From assembly GCA_907165135.1 (NCBI GenBank), contig OU015568.1, forward strand, positions 2,170,001 to 2,234,000: a stretch of DNA of 64,000 bases. The letters run 5' to 3'. This DNA comes from Oikopleura dioica. Taxonomy: Eukaryota; Animalia; Chordata. Made by a program: the position numbers and the translations under genes. This document shows, one piece after another, positions 36,570-48,715 of the stretch (the first letter of the stretch is position 1; the number at the start of each line of letters is the position of its first letter). The notes beneath the pieces are model-generated. The model was given only the letters and a program-made list of their open reading frames with translations, was not told where the DNA came from and ran no database searches.

Positions 36570-39500
36570 CTAGAGTTGTTCAGCTTCAACAGCGTCCATC
36601 ATATCTTCAAAGACTTGCAAGAGCAGTTTTCTGAACTCGTAAACATCCGCTCCCTCGTCCTTAAAAAAAGTATCATCGTTGTTGATTTCAAGATTTCAAG
36701 AAAGATACCTTGAATCCGGAGATGGAGACACCAAGCCAATCGGGATAAACGATGTAGCCGAGTCCGAAGCCGCCTTCAAAGAGAGATTACAGATAAAAGA
36801 TATGTTTTAATTGCTTTCTAAAGTACAAATTGAGTGGAAAGAATTTCGATTTTAATCTTCTTGAGAGCAATTTTTATGGAGCTAATCCGATCTTGATATG
36901 ACAAGGCATACTAAAACGGAGAAACAACTTGGTCATATTGCGCTACTAAATTTATGTATAATTCAGAAAGATGCTTTCTTTTCTGTCAAAAAATCTGACC
37001 TGGTACAACAGGGGCAAATGCTCCCAACGAGACAGCGTCCGAGTTCAACGTCGAGGTCGAAAGTGGAAATTCGAAGAGGCCTTGGAAAGTTTCTGTGTTG
37101 AAAACATCGTGTTCGGTAAGAGAATTTTTCTTTGCCTGTTTTATGTGTTCAATTCACGGGCTCACTGGGAAAGTGTTAATCCAGATAGTAAACGAGTCAA
37201 AATTTTGAAGGAGGATAGATATTTAATGTCAAGGTTTTGGGAGAGAGAATTTTTTCTCCGAAAATAACGCAAAGGTGGAAAAAATGGTAAAAAAGCTGTC
37301 TTTTGAACTACGCCCCGAACCAAGGGGCTATTCAAAGGAAAATATATTGAACAGTTCCTGATGCCTCATTCCAAAAATATGTCTGTCCCATCCATTTCCA
37401 CCGAGGCATTCTTTTGTTTGCTAAAAATTTTACTATCTACGAGAATATCTAATGACTTAATTACTTTATTATGTCTTTTGATCGCAGCTCTGATCGCAGC
37501 AGCAAATTTCTTCTTGTTTTCAACCTTGCTCATGTCTTCCTAAATTATACTTTGATCAAGCTTATCTCGTAATATAATGATAATATAATATTATCAGCGT
37601 ACATGAATGTAAATTCTAGCAGCAGCTTGGCCCTCTGCGGTGCATGGACGAATACATTCGGTTCGTCCATGCTTGAATGAGGATAATGATGCGGATTCAT
37701 ATGCTTATTGCGGGCTTTTATTGTGTATGTCCGCAATAAAGATCAAAGTCTTGCTTTAATTTCATTGTAGAGAATCTCATACTTCTACCAGGTAGGTATG
37801 TTCTAGTGTCATCATACATCTCCGAAAAAATAGACACCATATTCCGTATTCTTGTAAGACAAACATTTTCTTCATATAATATTCCACAAAAATAGACACT
37901 CTTTTCTTTTTATAAACAAAATGTAGAGTACGAATAATCCTCGAATTTGAATAATTAAAAGAAATAATCAGAAAATTGTTGAATCAAAATTTCGAAACTT
38001 TTGGCCCGGTTCCTGACACAGGATGACCGTAATACTTTGTCCCAGTGATCATCAGCCCCAGTTGGCAGAAACCGTCTGCTCCTAGCTTTTTGCTCAACAT
38101 CCAGTTTCGGTTGAGTGGATGGCTGAAGATATCCTTCGTTTCCTGCGCCTCTAGAATTTGGCGATAATGAGAAAGATGAAGAGAGAAGAGTACCCTGGTC
38201 GTAGTAGAACTCATTCATCGCAGCAGGAGCCTTGCCAAGTGGCATGACGCAGCATTGAAGTCGATTCCATCTTTCATCATGCGCCGCTTGAGCTTCGTCG
38301 ATTCGACTTTTGATTTCATCGTTGAGCTTGAACTCGATTTCAACCGCTTTCGACACCTTGTCGGTTTTGAAATCCCGGTTCAAAATGCAAGTTTTATCAG
38401 CAAGTGTTTCTTCGATATAATGATTGATCTTGTTCATGTAGCTGAGAACAGCTGCTCCATCGCCCCAGGCGTGTTCGAAATTGACGCCAGGAAGGGCACA
38501 CTTGCCCATGACAATTTGGATGGATTTGTCGTGCCAGCGATTCTTAGCTTTTCAATGGTTTTAGACAGGTTATTTCTGGAAAAGTCTTGCTTTTGGGGTC
38601 GTTTCTGATTCAATGAATAGACAACTTTGATAACACGATTTGATCAGAGAGACATGAAGACGACATGAAATAAGTTCTAAAGAACTCGCGTCGAGAAATT
38701 TTTCGAAAAGGATAAAAATATGATGAAAGACTTGGATCATAACATCAAACTGAGAATTTACCAAAGCAACACAGTCTTAACCATTTCCTGGGCCACTGTA
38801 AGTCTCCGAACAACACTCCCCAGCATCGTTGTAGGCATAATTGTCAAGCGTAAAGCAAACCATACTGTGATCCACTGCATCCAGCGCCTCTTGATTTCCA
38901 TTTTCAACGAGCATTTGCCGCGTTTCTGCCCAAAAATCTCGCTCAGCAGAAGAAAGCGGGCAAATGGAGTCTTGATTGAATCCGCGGGCGTCGCCATCAG
39001 CTTGGATTGCCGCGAAATCAGCGAAAATGTCCTCCTGTGATTTTACGTTCCAGTTCGAGTCGAAGAGGTCGATTTTGTAAAAGCGACCACAGTAGAGGAC
39101 TGTTGCATGGCGAGTTTCGAGGGGACCGCGTTGGATACGATCGATGTCCTTTTCTGGAATTCGGGTGCTGAACATGATGTTTTTGTACTTTTTTCGAGCA
39201 TTTCAAATCGAGAAGCCGCTTGCGGCTTCGAGTTTTATTCAAAAAAAGCCGCGCGAAGCGCGGCTCAATATTTTTCTTTCTTGAATCCCTTTTTTAGATA
39301 TCTCTTTTATGATGCTAATTTCCAATTTGTTTTAGCTCTTTCCTGAGACATGTCAATCGGAAAGCTCATATTCATCGCATATGGCAAATATTTCATGCTT
39401 TGGTTCTCGATTCCCTTCGATTTCCAAGAAATTCTTGTGCTTGGAAGCCATCTGGCGAGAAAATCAGCTTTCGGACTTGGCTTGCCTTTCATATGAAAAA

Positions 39501-40069
39501 CGTCAGGCTCGAGAAGGTGGTCTTTGAGAGTGAGGTAGAATTTTGCCGAAGCCCAGGCGATTTGAGCAGCGCGCTGGAATTGAAAGGGTCGGAATGGTGG
39601 GGTCTAAAATGAAGTAACGACTGTAGTTCTTCGTTAAGATAGATACCTGTCCCGCGTCAGTCAAAACGACAGTAGGATTGTAGTTCATCGGAAGAGGTCT
39701 CCTGTCACGAAGGTACATTTCTGTCCATGGTTTATTCAAAAAATTAGAATTTTTGAAATTCTGCTCGTCATCGTCTCGTAAAAGCTGGTCAAGTTTAGGT
39801 CCCTCGGAGGCGACAAAATCGGCCCAGAGCTTTTCGAAATTTGCGATTTTTTCAGCAGTGAATTTTGGATGACCTTCAAGAGCTTTTACTGCCTCTCGGA
39901 TTTTCTTGTCAGTCTGCGCTAGGGGTGGAATGGCCATGCGCGGGAGTGAGTCTTGGAAATGAAATGTTGGCAGCTTGGCATTTTGAATGTGCTTCTCTGG
40001 GTCGTACTTTGGTCTGAGAGACCTTTCTGTGCTTGAGAAATTTCTCGAATGGACAATCGTTCTCCTCAT
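36570..40069 (-). CDS. CPT2: Carnitine O-palmitoyltransferase 2
   Basis: PTFHFQDSLPRM.IP, FPIDMSQY, NRWHDKS, NFEHAWGDG, YESASLSSFKHGRTECIRP, GNGWDRHIFG, LSTSTL..AFAPVVP, GFGLGY motifs in order; needs four GA-AG introns. Confidence 0.93.
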
Positions 40070-42085
40070 TTTCGCTCTCTAGAAATTCGAAAAAAAATCG
40101 AAAAAGTTGAGGTGTTTATTGAAAGAATCCGTAATCAATTTGTAGATTTTGTAAAATATTGACACAACCGGGCAAAGTCCAAATATGGCGTGCCTTGGAA
40201 TTTGGTGACTTTTTTTTCTTTTTATTCGACCTTCACCCCGGCTGCAAGGTCTCTGTGCAAGGTTCTTTTTGACCGAAAATTATGATTGATGATGACAAAG
40301 TTCAGTTTTTGAACCCGCATAATCGTTTGTTTTTGATATCCCTGAATGAATGCAGGAATATTTTTATTGCAAATTATGCAAAACTTTTCTGGTTGGGCGA
40401 TTTTATGACTGCTTATGCACATTATTCTAGGCAGACATATTCATTTGAACTTTCTACTTCCTACGAGAATTTAAGGCTCTTATTGATAGATTCTTTATTT
40501 ATGTAAAATGTCTTCGAGATGCTGCGGAAATCCACATTAATCCTTTTACAGCATCGTTCGTTCGAGACATGCATGCTGCCAATTATGATAAGCTCTATTA
40601 TAAAAGATTATAAAGGCTGATACGCCGCCAGCGGAGAATATAAAATGAGAATAATCTAACACGCTTCCTTTGGTGAATGTTCCATACGCAGAGAACCCTC
40701 GTGTCAAGTCGTCAATTTTGATGAGATGCAATACTTTTCCACGGCCATCATGGTGGTTTTTATGAAAGCGAATAAATTTTCTTCTTTAGGCCTCCTTAGA
40801 CCTCATTATATGATTTTGAAAAGGGAATAAAGAGGAAAAAATTATTCAAAAAAGTGATTTGGCTAACCATCATGGTCGATTCAACTGAAGCATTTTCTAG
40901 AGCTCGTCGAACTTTTTACGTGAGTTTTGCTCGTTGACGATGATAATTGATTTTTCTAGTTTTACGACGGACTTGGGAAGATGTTCAATAACATAAGAAT
41001 GAATGAAGTTGAAAAGGCAAGTCGGCCTTGAAAAAAATGAGAGACGGTCATAATCGCAAATTGCAAAAAATATGACATTATCTTCCAACCTAAAAGCGCT
41101 GTCCACAATCGGATAATAACCCTATCAAGAAAAGATCTAATGCACCGTCAAAACAGTCACTGAGAAATTATTGACGTCAGCAAATATGTCTCTAACAAAC
41201 TATACAACATTCTCCGATTATGCGAATTATACTTTAGTCCTACCAACCAAGCTACAAGCATGCAGCTCACACTTCAACCTTCAACCGAGCTCAGATGAAT
41301 CCCGATTTTCCTCGCCAAAGTATCTCGAAGAAAAAATGGAACTCGCAAAATCTACGAGTTCAAAATCTAAGAGCTCTGAAATAATTTATTTTATTTCAAT
41401 AAAATAATAATACGATAATCGTTTTTATTCATCAATCAAATAAAAATTTACGAAATAATGATTTGACCGGCTTAATCGAATCTAATGTAAGAATTACATA
41501 TTGATGTTAATAAAATCAATCAAGAGTTTAATCCGATAATGAAAGAAAGATATCGGTGGATCGGCCAATTAGTCAATCAAAAATGAAGCTCATTCAACCG
41601 ACGAGTCTACTTTCTTTCTAAAATACAGTTTCCCTCATAGGATCACTCAAATGTCCCCTTTTTCTGATCCAATTACTATCGAAGTAAAATAACGAAATCA
41701 TCAATAAATGCTGCTTTCGTTCATTTTCGCAGATCAAGAAGATTTCGTTAAAGCTGCTTATCAATTTTCAATTTTCAAGAGGGAAAATATGACTCCTCAG
41801 TTTTTCACAGAGAGGTACTGTTACTGTACGAGATGAAAAGAAAAATTGATTCTAGCGAGCTTTGGAACGCAAGTGTCGACTTGCAGTTTCAGATCACGAT
41901 GGAAGGTCTGATACAATCGATAAGTACGGTTTTTTGAGCGTGGCTGAAGGCTGAAACTTTTTTAGTTACATTTTTGGTATCGGTTATTTCATCCTTGTGC
42001 CTGTCGCTTTTGATTATGTGCAGATTCAATACAAAGATGTTTTTCAATATTCTCAGGATATGAGTAACATAAAACAACATAAAAC

Positions 42086-42346
42086 GGGGTGGTGTCTGGA
42101 ATCGACAAAAAATCCCGACAAAAATTTTCAAAAAAAAGACACTTCAGAAAAAAAACTCTAAAAATTTTTTTGGGAAATTTTTTTTCTTAAAACTATGCAG
42201 AATTGGCTTTTTAGGCCACAATTGACATTTCTATGCAGTTTTGAGGAATTTACGTTAGCCAAGCAGATAATGGTGCGCCATTGAAATATACATGAAAAAA
42301 ATGAAAATTTTTGTCGGAATTTTTTGTCGGTTCCAGACACCTCCCC
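42086..42346. mobile_element. MITE with ~45-bp TIRs
   Basis: GGGGTGGTGTCTGGAATCGACAAAAAATCCCGACAAAAATTTTCA / TGAAAATTTTTGTCGGAATTTTTTGTCGGTTCCAGACACCTCCCC; flanked by CATAAAAC / CATAAAAG. Confidence 0.75.
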
Positions 42347-42885
42347 CATAAAAGAGCAATCATTGATTACTAGTCGATGGTTATACTGATGTTCTAAAAT
42401 CAAAACTCATCAAAAAGATACATCATTCTCCGGAAAAAGGAGCAGCTTCACAAAACCGACTCCATTTCCCGCCGGTAGTTTCACCTTCGCTGCAGGGCTT
42501 CGCGAGAAAGGTCAAGAATCTAAGTCCGTTCTTTTGTTTCTCCTCCAAGCTCCGCACCGCGCTGCGTTAAATTGCGTTTGTTAGTTTTTATGACTCAAAA
42601 TACCAACATGAATTTTTCCCTCAATTAAAGAAAGCCCATTTTACTTATTATCTTCGTTTCTTTGCTTTTTGGAAATAAAAAGAAGGCACCGAAAAGGCGC
42701 GGAATCGTGCCCCGGGCTAGAACTCTATAAAAGCCAGGAAAAAAAACGAGAAACACAATTACGAGAGAAAATTTCGCGTTTACACTCCGATGCACCTCAG
42801 AAGCCTCTAACGACTTGTTAAAACAACAGTGATTAGAGAGAGAAACACACGAAATTAGCGAAGGAAAATTAATCGAAGAGTGAAA

Positions 42886-45226
42886 ATGGCGTCAGATAAA
42901 TCAGTGATTACTTGGATATTTATTTCCGTACTTGTGGATTTATTGGGATTTACGGTTATTTTGCCGCTTTTTCCTGCTTTATTGGAGAGGATGAAAGATT
43001 TTTTGGGATGAACACCATTTTAATTAGTTTATCATAAATTTAAAGATAGGTTCATGAATTGATTCGTACGGATATTTCACATATTCTTTTATTTTAACAG
43101 AGGCTGCGGTACTTTGAAACAAAAAATTGAGAAAACGAGTATTTAGAATCTTTTGATCGAATTTCCAAATATTATGACTTCAAAATCAACGACAAAATTG
43201 AAAGTCAAGAGTTTTGTTTCCACTCCTCACAAAACCAGAATATCATTAATTCTGCGGTTTGTTTATATGATAACATGACTCCGAAAAATGCCTTACCATT
43301 TCCAGTATAATTGCGATAATAGTAATGCCGATAAAACATGTTAAAAAAAGATGGTTGACATTTCATCAGACCGTGAATACAACATTTGTTCAATTTCCAT
43401 AATTTTCTATCATTTCAGACAGTTAGGGTATTCTCTCAAATGGAAACTAAATAATAGGTTAATCGATTGTTATACAACAAATTGATCTTCTTTCATCTTG
43501 AAAAAGGATTACTATGCAAAGTCTGAAAACGACCAACTCTACAACACGGTTCTCAGCTGGGTCGAGTCTTTCAGAAGTCTTCTTAGAATTCCAGTAGAGG
43601 AGCCTGTTACTTCAGTTTTGTTTGGGGGTCTTCTGGGAGCGCTATTTTCATTTTTGCAGTATGTTAATGCGCCTTTACTTGGCGCATTATCAGACAAATA
43701 TGGGAAAGGGTCAATTTCTCAAAAACAAGATAATGAAAGTAAATCTTCGACCCAAATAAAGACGAAAACGAATCATCATCCTCTCACTCTTCGGCTCATC
43801 TTTCGCCTGTTGGATGTGGTCAGGAGCAAACACTTTCGCCTGCTTCGTTGCTGCACGAATCGTCGCTGGCATCTCAGAAGGCAACATCTCCATCTGCATG
43901 GCCGCTTTGGCAGATCTTGAGGACAAGAAAGCCAAGAGTCGAGGAATGGCGATGGTCGGTGTCGCCTATTCGATTGGCTTCACTGTCGGCCCATTTGTTG
44001 GCGCGTACATGTCCAGCTTGCTCAAGGCCGATCAAGAATTCTTCGCGATTCCGGCGTATTTTGCCCTTGCGATGTGCCTGCTAGACATCGTCATCGTCTA
44101 CTTGTTCCTTCCAGAAACACTGCCGGAAGAAAAACGAGCGTCTTCGCTTTATCTCAGCTGGCGAGAAGGACTTGATCTTATCAATCCAAAGAAGATGTTT
44201 GCATTCCGAGCGGTAGAAATGAGCTCGCACGATAGATGTTGTGTTTCAATTATTGGACTGGCATACTTTCTTTACCTTTTCTTTTTCTCAGGTAGAGCGA
44301 TTTCGTTGAAAATCTTATTTTGAAACTCTAAGCTTCTTCTCAATGGTCTTTTAGCTGGTTAAGGTTAAATTTCAAATCATTGAGGTTATAAAAATACCAA
44401 TTCGTCGTTATTTGAACAATTTTCTGGTGTCTGCGTCATGCAATCTCTAGAAAAACTTCTTGAGTCTTCCACAAGTCGGACCTTTTCAAGCATGTGCTTA
44501 TTTTAAAATATCAATGAAACAGGTTATCAAATATCTTTTTCTCTGAAATATATTTTCAGGACTTGAATTCACCCTCACCTTTTTAACCCACAACCGATTC
44601 GGCTTCACCCGCATGGATCAAGGAAAGATGTTTGCCGTTCTCGGAGTCATTATGACCCTCGTCCAAGGTACTTAGAACATCATTAGAATCCTAGCATTCA
44701 AAACTTCTTTCCAGGTGGATATATTCGCCGCGCCATGATCGGCCGTGAAATCGCAATCGCCAAAAGATCGATTTGCGTGTTGATCGTTGGTTTTGTCGTG
44801 ATCGGTTTTGCAACGGAAGCTTGGGTTCTTTACGCTGGTTTGGTGCCGTTTGCGTATGCAGCAGCTTCGGTCGTGCCCTGCCTTTCTTCAGCTGTGTCCA
44901 ATTATGGCGGCATTTCGGAGAAAGGAACGGATAATTACTTTTTCAAAAAATTGGCTCGATGAAATATTTGAAGGTCAAAATTGATGCTTGACTTTTGAAA
45001 AGACCCCTTTTTATCAAGAAAAATCCTCTCAAAAGGTCGAGTTATGGGAACCCTTCGATCTCTAGGAGCCCTTGCTCGAGCAACTGGACCATGTTTCGCT
45101 TCAGTTCTCTACTGGCTCCTGGGATCAAGATTTGCCTATGTTCTTGGAGGATTACTTTTGTTACTACCGCTGAAAGTGCTGAAGATTCTGAACAAGGTGC
45201 TAGCTAAACATGCCAAAGAAAATTAA
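42886..45226 (+). CDS. MFSD10: Major facilitator superfamily transporter, tetracycline-transporter-like
   Basis: VDLLGFTVILPLFP, SVLFGGLLGALFSFLQ, LSDKYGRK, ARIVAGISEGN, FFSGLEFTLTFLTH.RF, VMGTLRSLGALARA motifs; three GA-AG introns. Confidence 0.88.
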
Positions 45227-45516
45227 TTTATACCTGTTTATTCCTCTGTAGCCGAGAAGATACTAGAAGTTTTAAATAAAATGACAGAACTTGAACCTGA
45301 CGACGCCTCTTTTCTAAAAAGAAAACTAACGCGAGAATTTTAACTTGAAACCCTCGCGCTGTATTTTTATCTCATACAATTTGCCTTTTAAAGACCCAAA
45401 ACGGTATCAATAACAGTTAGATCCCCTACTGATTAGGCAATCCGATTGAGAACCGCAAGTATAAAAGCACTCGAGAGTTCATTTACAAGCAAAAAAAATC
45501 TTCGAAAAAAAGCGCG

Positions 45517-46225
45517 ATGAAAATTTTCGCAGGACTCATTATTGCCATCAAAGCCGACGAAAAGATTCTTGGAGAGCTTATCAATAATTTTTGTGGGTTT
45601 GACCTACATGACTTCTATGATACAGCTGGACTTGCTATTGAATACCGGTACGAGAATATTTCGAGTCTGAAACTGGGTTCGCCAACCTGTTTAGAAAAGC
45701 TGAGTAAGAGACAGAATGATCACTTTTTAAAGGCAGCGTAGAAGGAGCTTTTCAACTTATATCTTTCAGGCTCTGACTCAGCTTTTCTACAGAGGTTGCC
45801 GAGCCTAAGTCAGACTTAGTAGGTCTGACATAAACGAAACACTCAACCAAAAACTTAGAGTGAGTCCCCGGAAAACCTGGGGTGGGGAAGAAGGTGGCAA
45901 GTCGAAATGGAAATGGACTGAGGTTCATGATCCTTACAATGGCACCAGTAAGAAGACAACGGGAAGATATGGTAAAAGTAAAGCCAAAGGCCCGTCCCAC
46001 TGGAGAGAGTCTCCGAGAGACGTTGTCCGAGTGAACTGTGTTACAAGCCGTGGCGGGACTGACCATGAGAACTTAATGCCACTCGGCGGAAACCCAACCA
46101 AAAAGATGGCTCCAATGATCAAGTGCACTAAAAAGGGACTGAACGGCACCCCAAAGCTCAAGCCTAACTCTCGAAGATGGAGAGGAAACAAAATCCTTGA
46201 CTGGTTTCAAAGAAACTGCGCCTAA
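45517..46225 (+). CDS. Orphan secreted protein with basic Gly/Lys/Trp-rich C-terminal part
   Basis: Signal peptide MKIFAGLIIAIKA; downstream basic ORF 45860-46225 ending WFQRNCA*. The joining intron is unresolved, so this could be two genes. Confidence 0.4.
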
Positions 46226-46720
46226 CTTGTTTTTCATATTTTTTAAATAAATCTAATACCAGAAACAAACAGATTACAAATTTCTTTTTACATCTACTTC
46301 GATTTGAATTGAAGACTCTCTCTTCCAGCGCGCGCTCTTCATCCATAGGGGAGGACTTTCTCTCGCGCTCTCCTTATTCTCCCACGAGAAAGTAAATGTA
46401 TCTGAGCGAAGAAAATGATAAAAAAGCGGAGAAAATGAAGAGAAAAAGATGAGAATATTTAACTTGAAATTTATGAAATGATTTCCTGAGGATAAAATCC
46501 GAGTTTTCTACCCCAATGTTAAATTTCTGTTTTATTATTTATGATAAAAGCTACTAAATATTCGATAGAACTGTATATTCTGTAAAATGACAAAACCTTA
46601 CTAAAAATATATATCTTATTTCTAATCTGCGCTGTTAGTTTTCTTGTTTAAATGAAAATATTTATAATAAAATAGTCAGGAATAGTTTTAACGAATTTTA
46701 TCAATTCACAATACGCTAGA

Positions 46721-48564
46721 ATGAACCGAGTCGCGATTCTTTGCGCGGCCGGGCATGGGCGACTTCTGCTGCCTTCGAATTCGGTTAGACAATTACAATT
46801 CGGACTTTGGTGGAACAACGATGCCGGCTGGTTCCGTCGCATTCGTGGACAAGGCGTTCGCCAAGAAAAGATCTACGACCATCTTTCCTTTGAAGACAGA
46901 GCTGACATCAAACGGCAGTATCCGTTCTTGTACAAATTTATTCTCAGAAGAATGCGGGATCAAGCAAGAGGGAGGAAGTATTTTCCTATTTTTCCGGACA
47001 TTCTCTTTTATCTCAAGGAAAGGATAGATTCGCTTATTAGAAATGTCAACCCTTTTTCAAATGAACGACTTCTATCACCTCTCAGTTCTTCCTCCTGTAC
47101 CCAACTCTAATGTACATGGCCTTCACCTACTGGGGACAGGGCCGAGAGCGAGCCACGACTTTTCGCGACACCCTGACCCGAGATTTGGAAGTAGAGAAGA
47201 CCTTCTACACGGAAACGACGCTCTCAACTATCATGAAGAAAACAAAGAGCGTTTACTATCAGTTCTTGAACGTTCTGGGTCTTGATCCGTTGAAATTTGC
47301 AGAAAGAGACGTTAAAGATGTGACACTAGAGGATTTTATCGAAGGAAGAACGGAATATATTGAAGAAAGAAACAGAGATACGACTTCGTTCTTGTCGATT
47401 TTCGAGCCTGGTCGAGCGGTTTTGACATCTGATGGAACTGGTAAGCGTAAAAAACAAGCATCTCATCTATCGTTTTAGAGCATTTTGGCCTGACCGCTTA
47501 CTCAAAGCTTCCCCTACGATTGCTTTCAAAAGCATTCGGCGTCTTAGGAAACACCCCCGTCCCGGTTTTTCTTCGAAAACCAATTTACGGTGCGTATTCA
47601 AGCGCTTTTGGCGTGAATATCGAAGAAGCCGTCGAGTCAGATCTTCGCTTCTACCCTTCTCTGAACAGTTTCTTTCGCAGAGCGATCAAGCAAGAAGTCA
47701 GACCAATCGATATGGACCCCAAAGTTGTTGTTTCTCCTGCAGGTTTGTCCTTCTTTACAGCAAATTCTAACGATTTCTTTTTAGACGGAAAAGTTCTCCA
47801 TTTCGGAAAATGCAAAAACGGTCTGATAGAGCAAGTAAAAGGCGTTGATTACTCGCTGAAGCGATTTTTCGGACGCTGGGAAGAAACTGGCTTTACTCTT
47901 TCAAAAACAACTGATGCTCAATTCGCGCAAAATCTAAAAGTCCATCCAGAAAACGAGCTCTTTCAAATCGTCATTTACCTAGCTCCTGGAGACTATCATC
48001 GCTTTCACTCGCCCGCCGATTTTACCATTACTTCCAGAAGACATTATCCAGGAGGTAAAACACTTAGACGTCCCCTTCTTCTATTGTTTGAATTCAGATC
48101 TTTTCTCCGTCAATCCGAAACTAGCTGCTTTTATGCGCGATTTATTCGTCCTAAACGAGCGAGCCACATTCTTCGGCGAGTGGGCTCACGGATTTATGTC
48201 CTACTGCGCTGTTGGTGCTACAAATGTCGGTAGCATCATCTTCCACTACGATCCAGACATGGTGACGAATATTAACTCAGGGAGAATTTTGTACGGAGCG
48301 CATGCGGACAAAGATTTTACGCTCATAGATCCGCGACTCCCTGATGGTTTACCCGTCGAAAAAGGTTTGTGAAGAAAACTACTTCTTATTTATGAGAAAC
48401 CGTTATTTCATCCAAATCTAGGTGAAATGCTGGGCGAGTTCAATCTCGGCTCTACAATCGTTCTCGTCTTCGAAGCTCCAAAATCCTTTGAATTCAACGT
48501 CAGCCCTGGCGACAAGGTCCTTCTCGGTCAGAAAATCGGCGAAATCCTCAAACCAAAGAAATAA
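46721..48564 (+). CDS. PISD: Phosphatidylserine decarboxylase proenzyme, mitochondrial-type
   Basis: [60 protein letters not shown] and the [16 protein letters not shown] autocleavage motif. Confidence 0.92.
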
Positions 48565-48715
48565 AAAGATGAAAATATAACTGTGCAAATCTACTTCAAG
48601 CCTTCTTCGAACAAGTTCAAGAACTATCTCTTCTCTCCCTTCTGTATTTATCATCACAAATCTAGCCTATTTTAATTTAAAAATGATTCGGAAAATAAGA
48701 ATTCAGAAAGAAAGA

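Noticed and set aside
40222-41407. Several 60-80 aa ORFs between CPT2 and MFSD10
   Set aside because: No coherent splice chain or homology could be supported.
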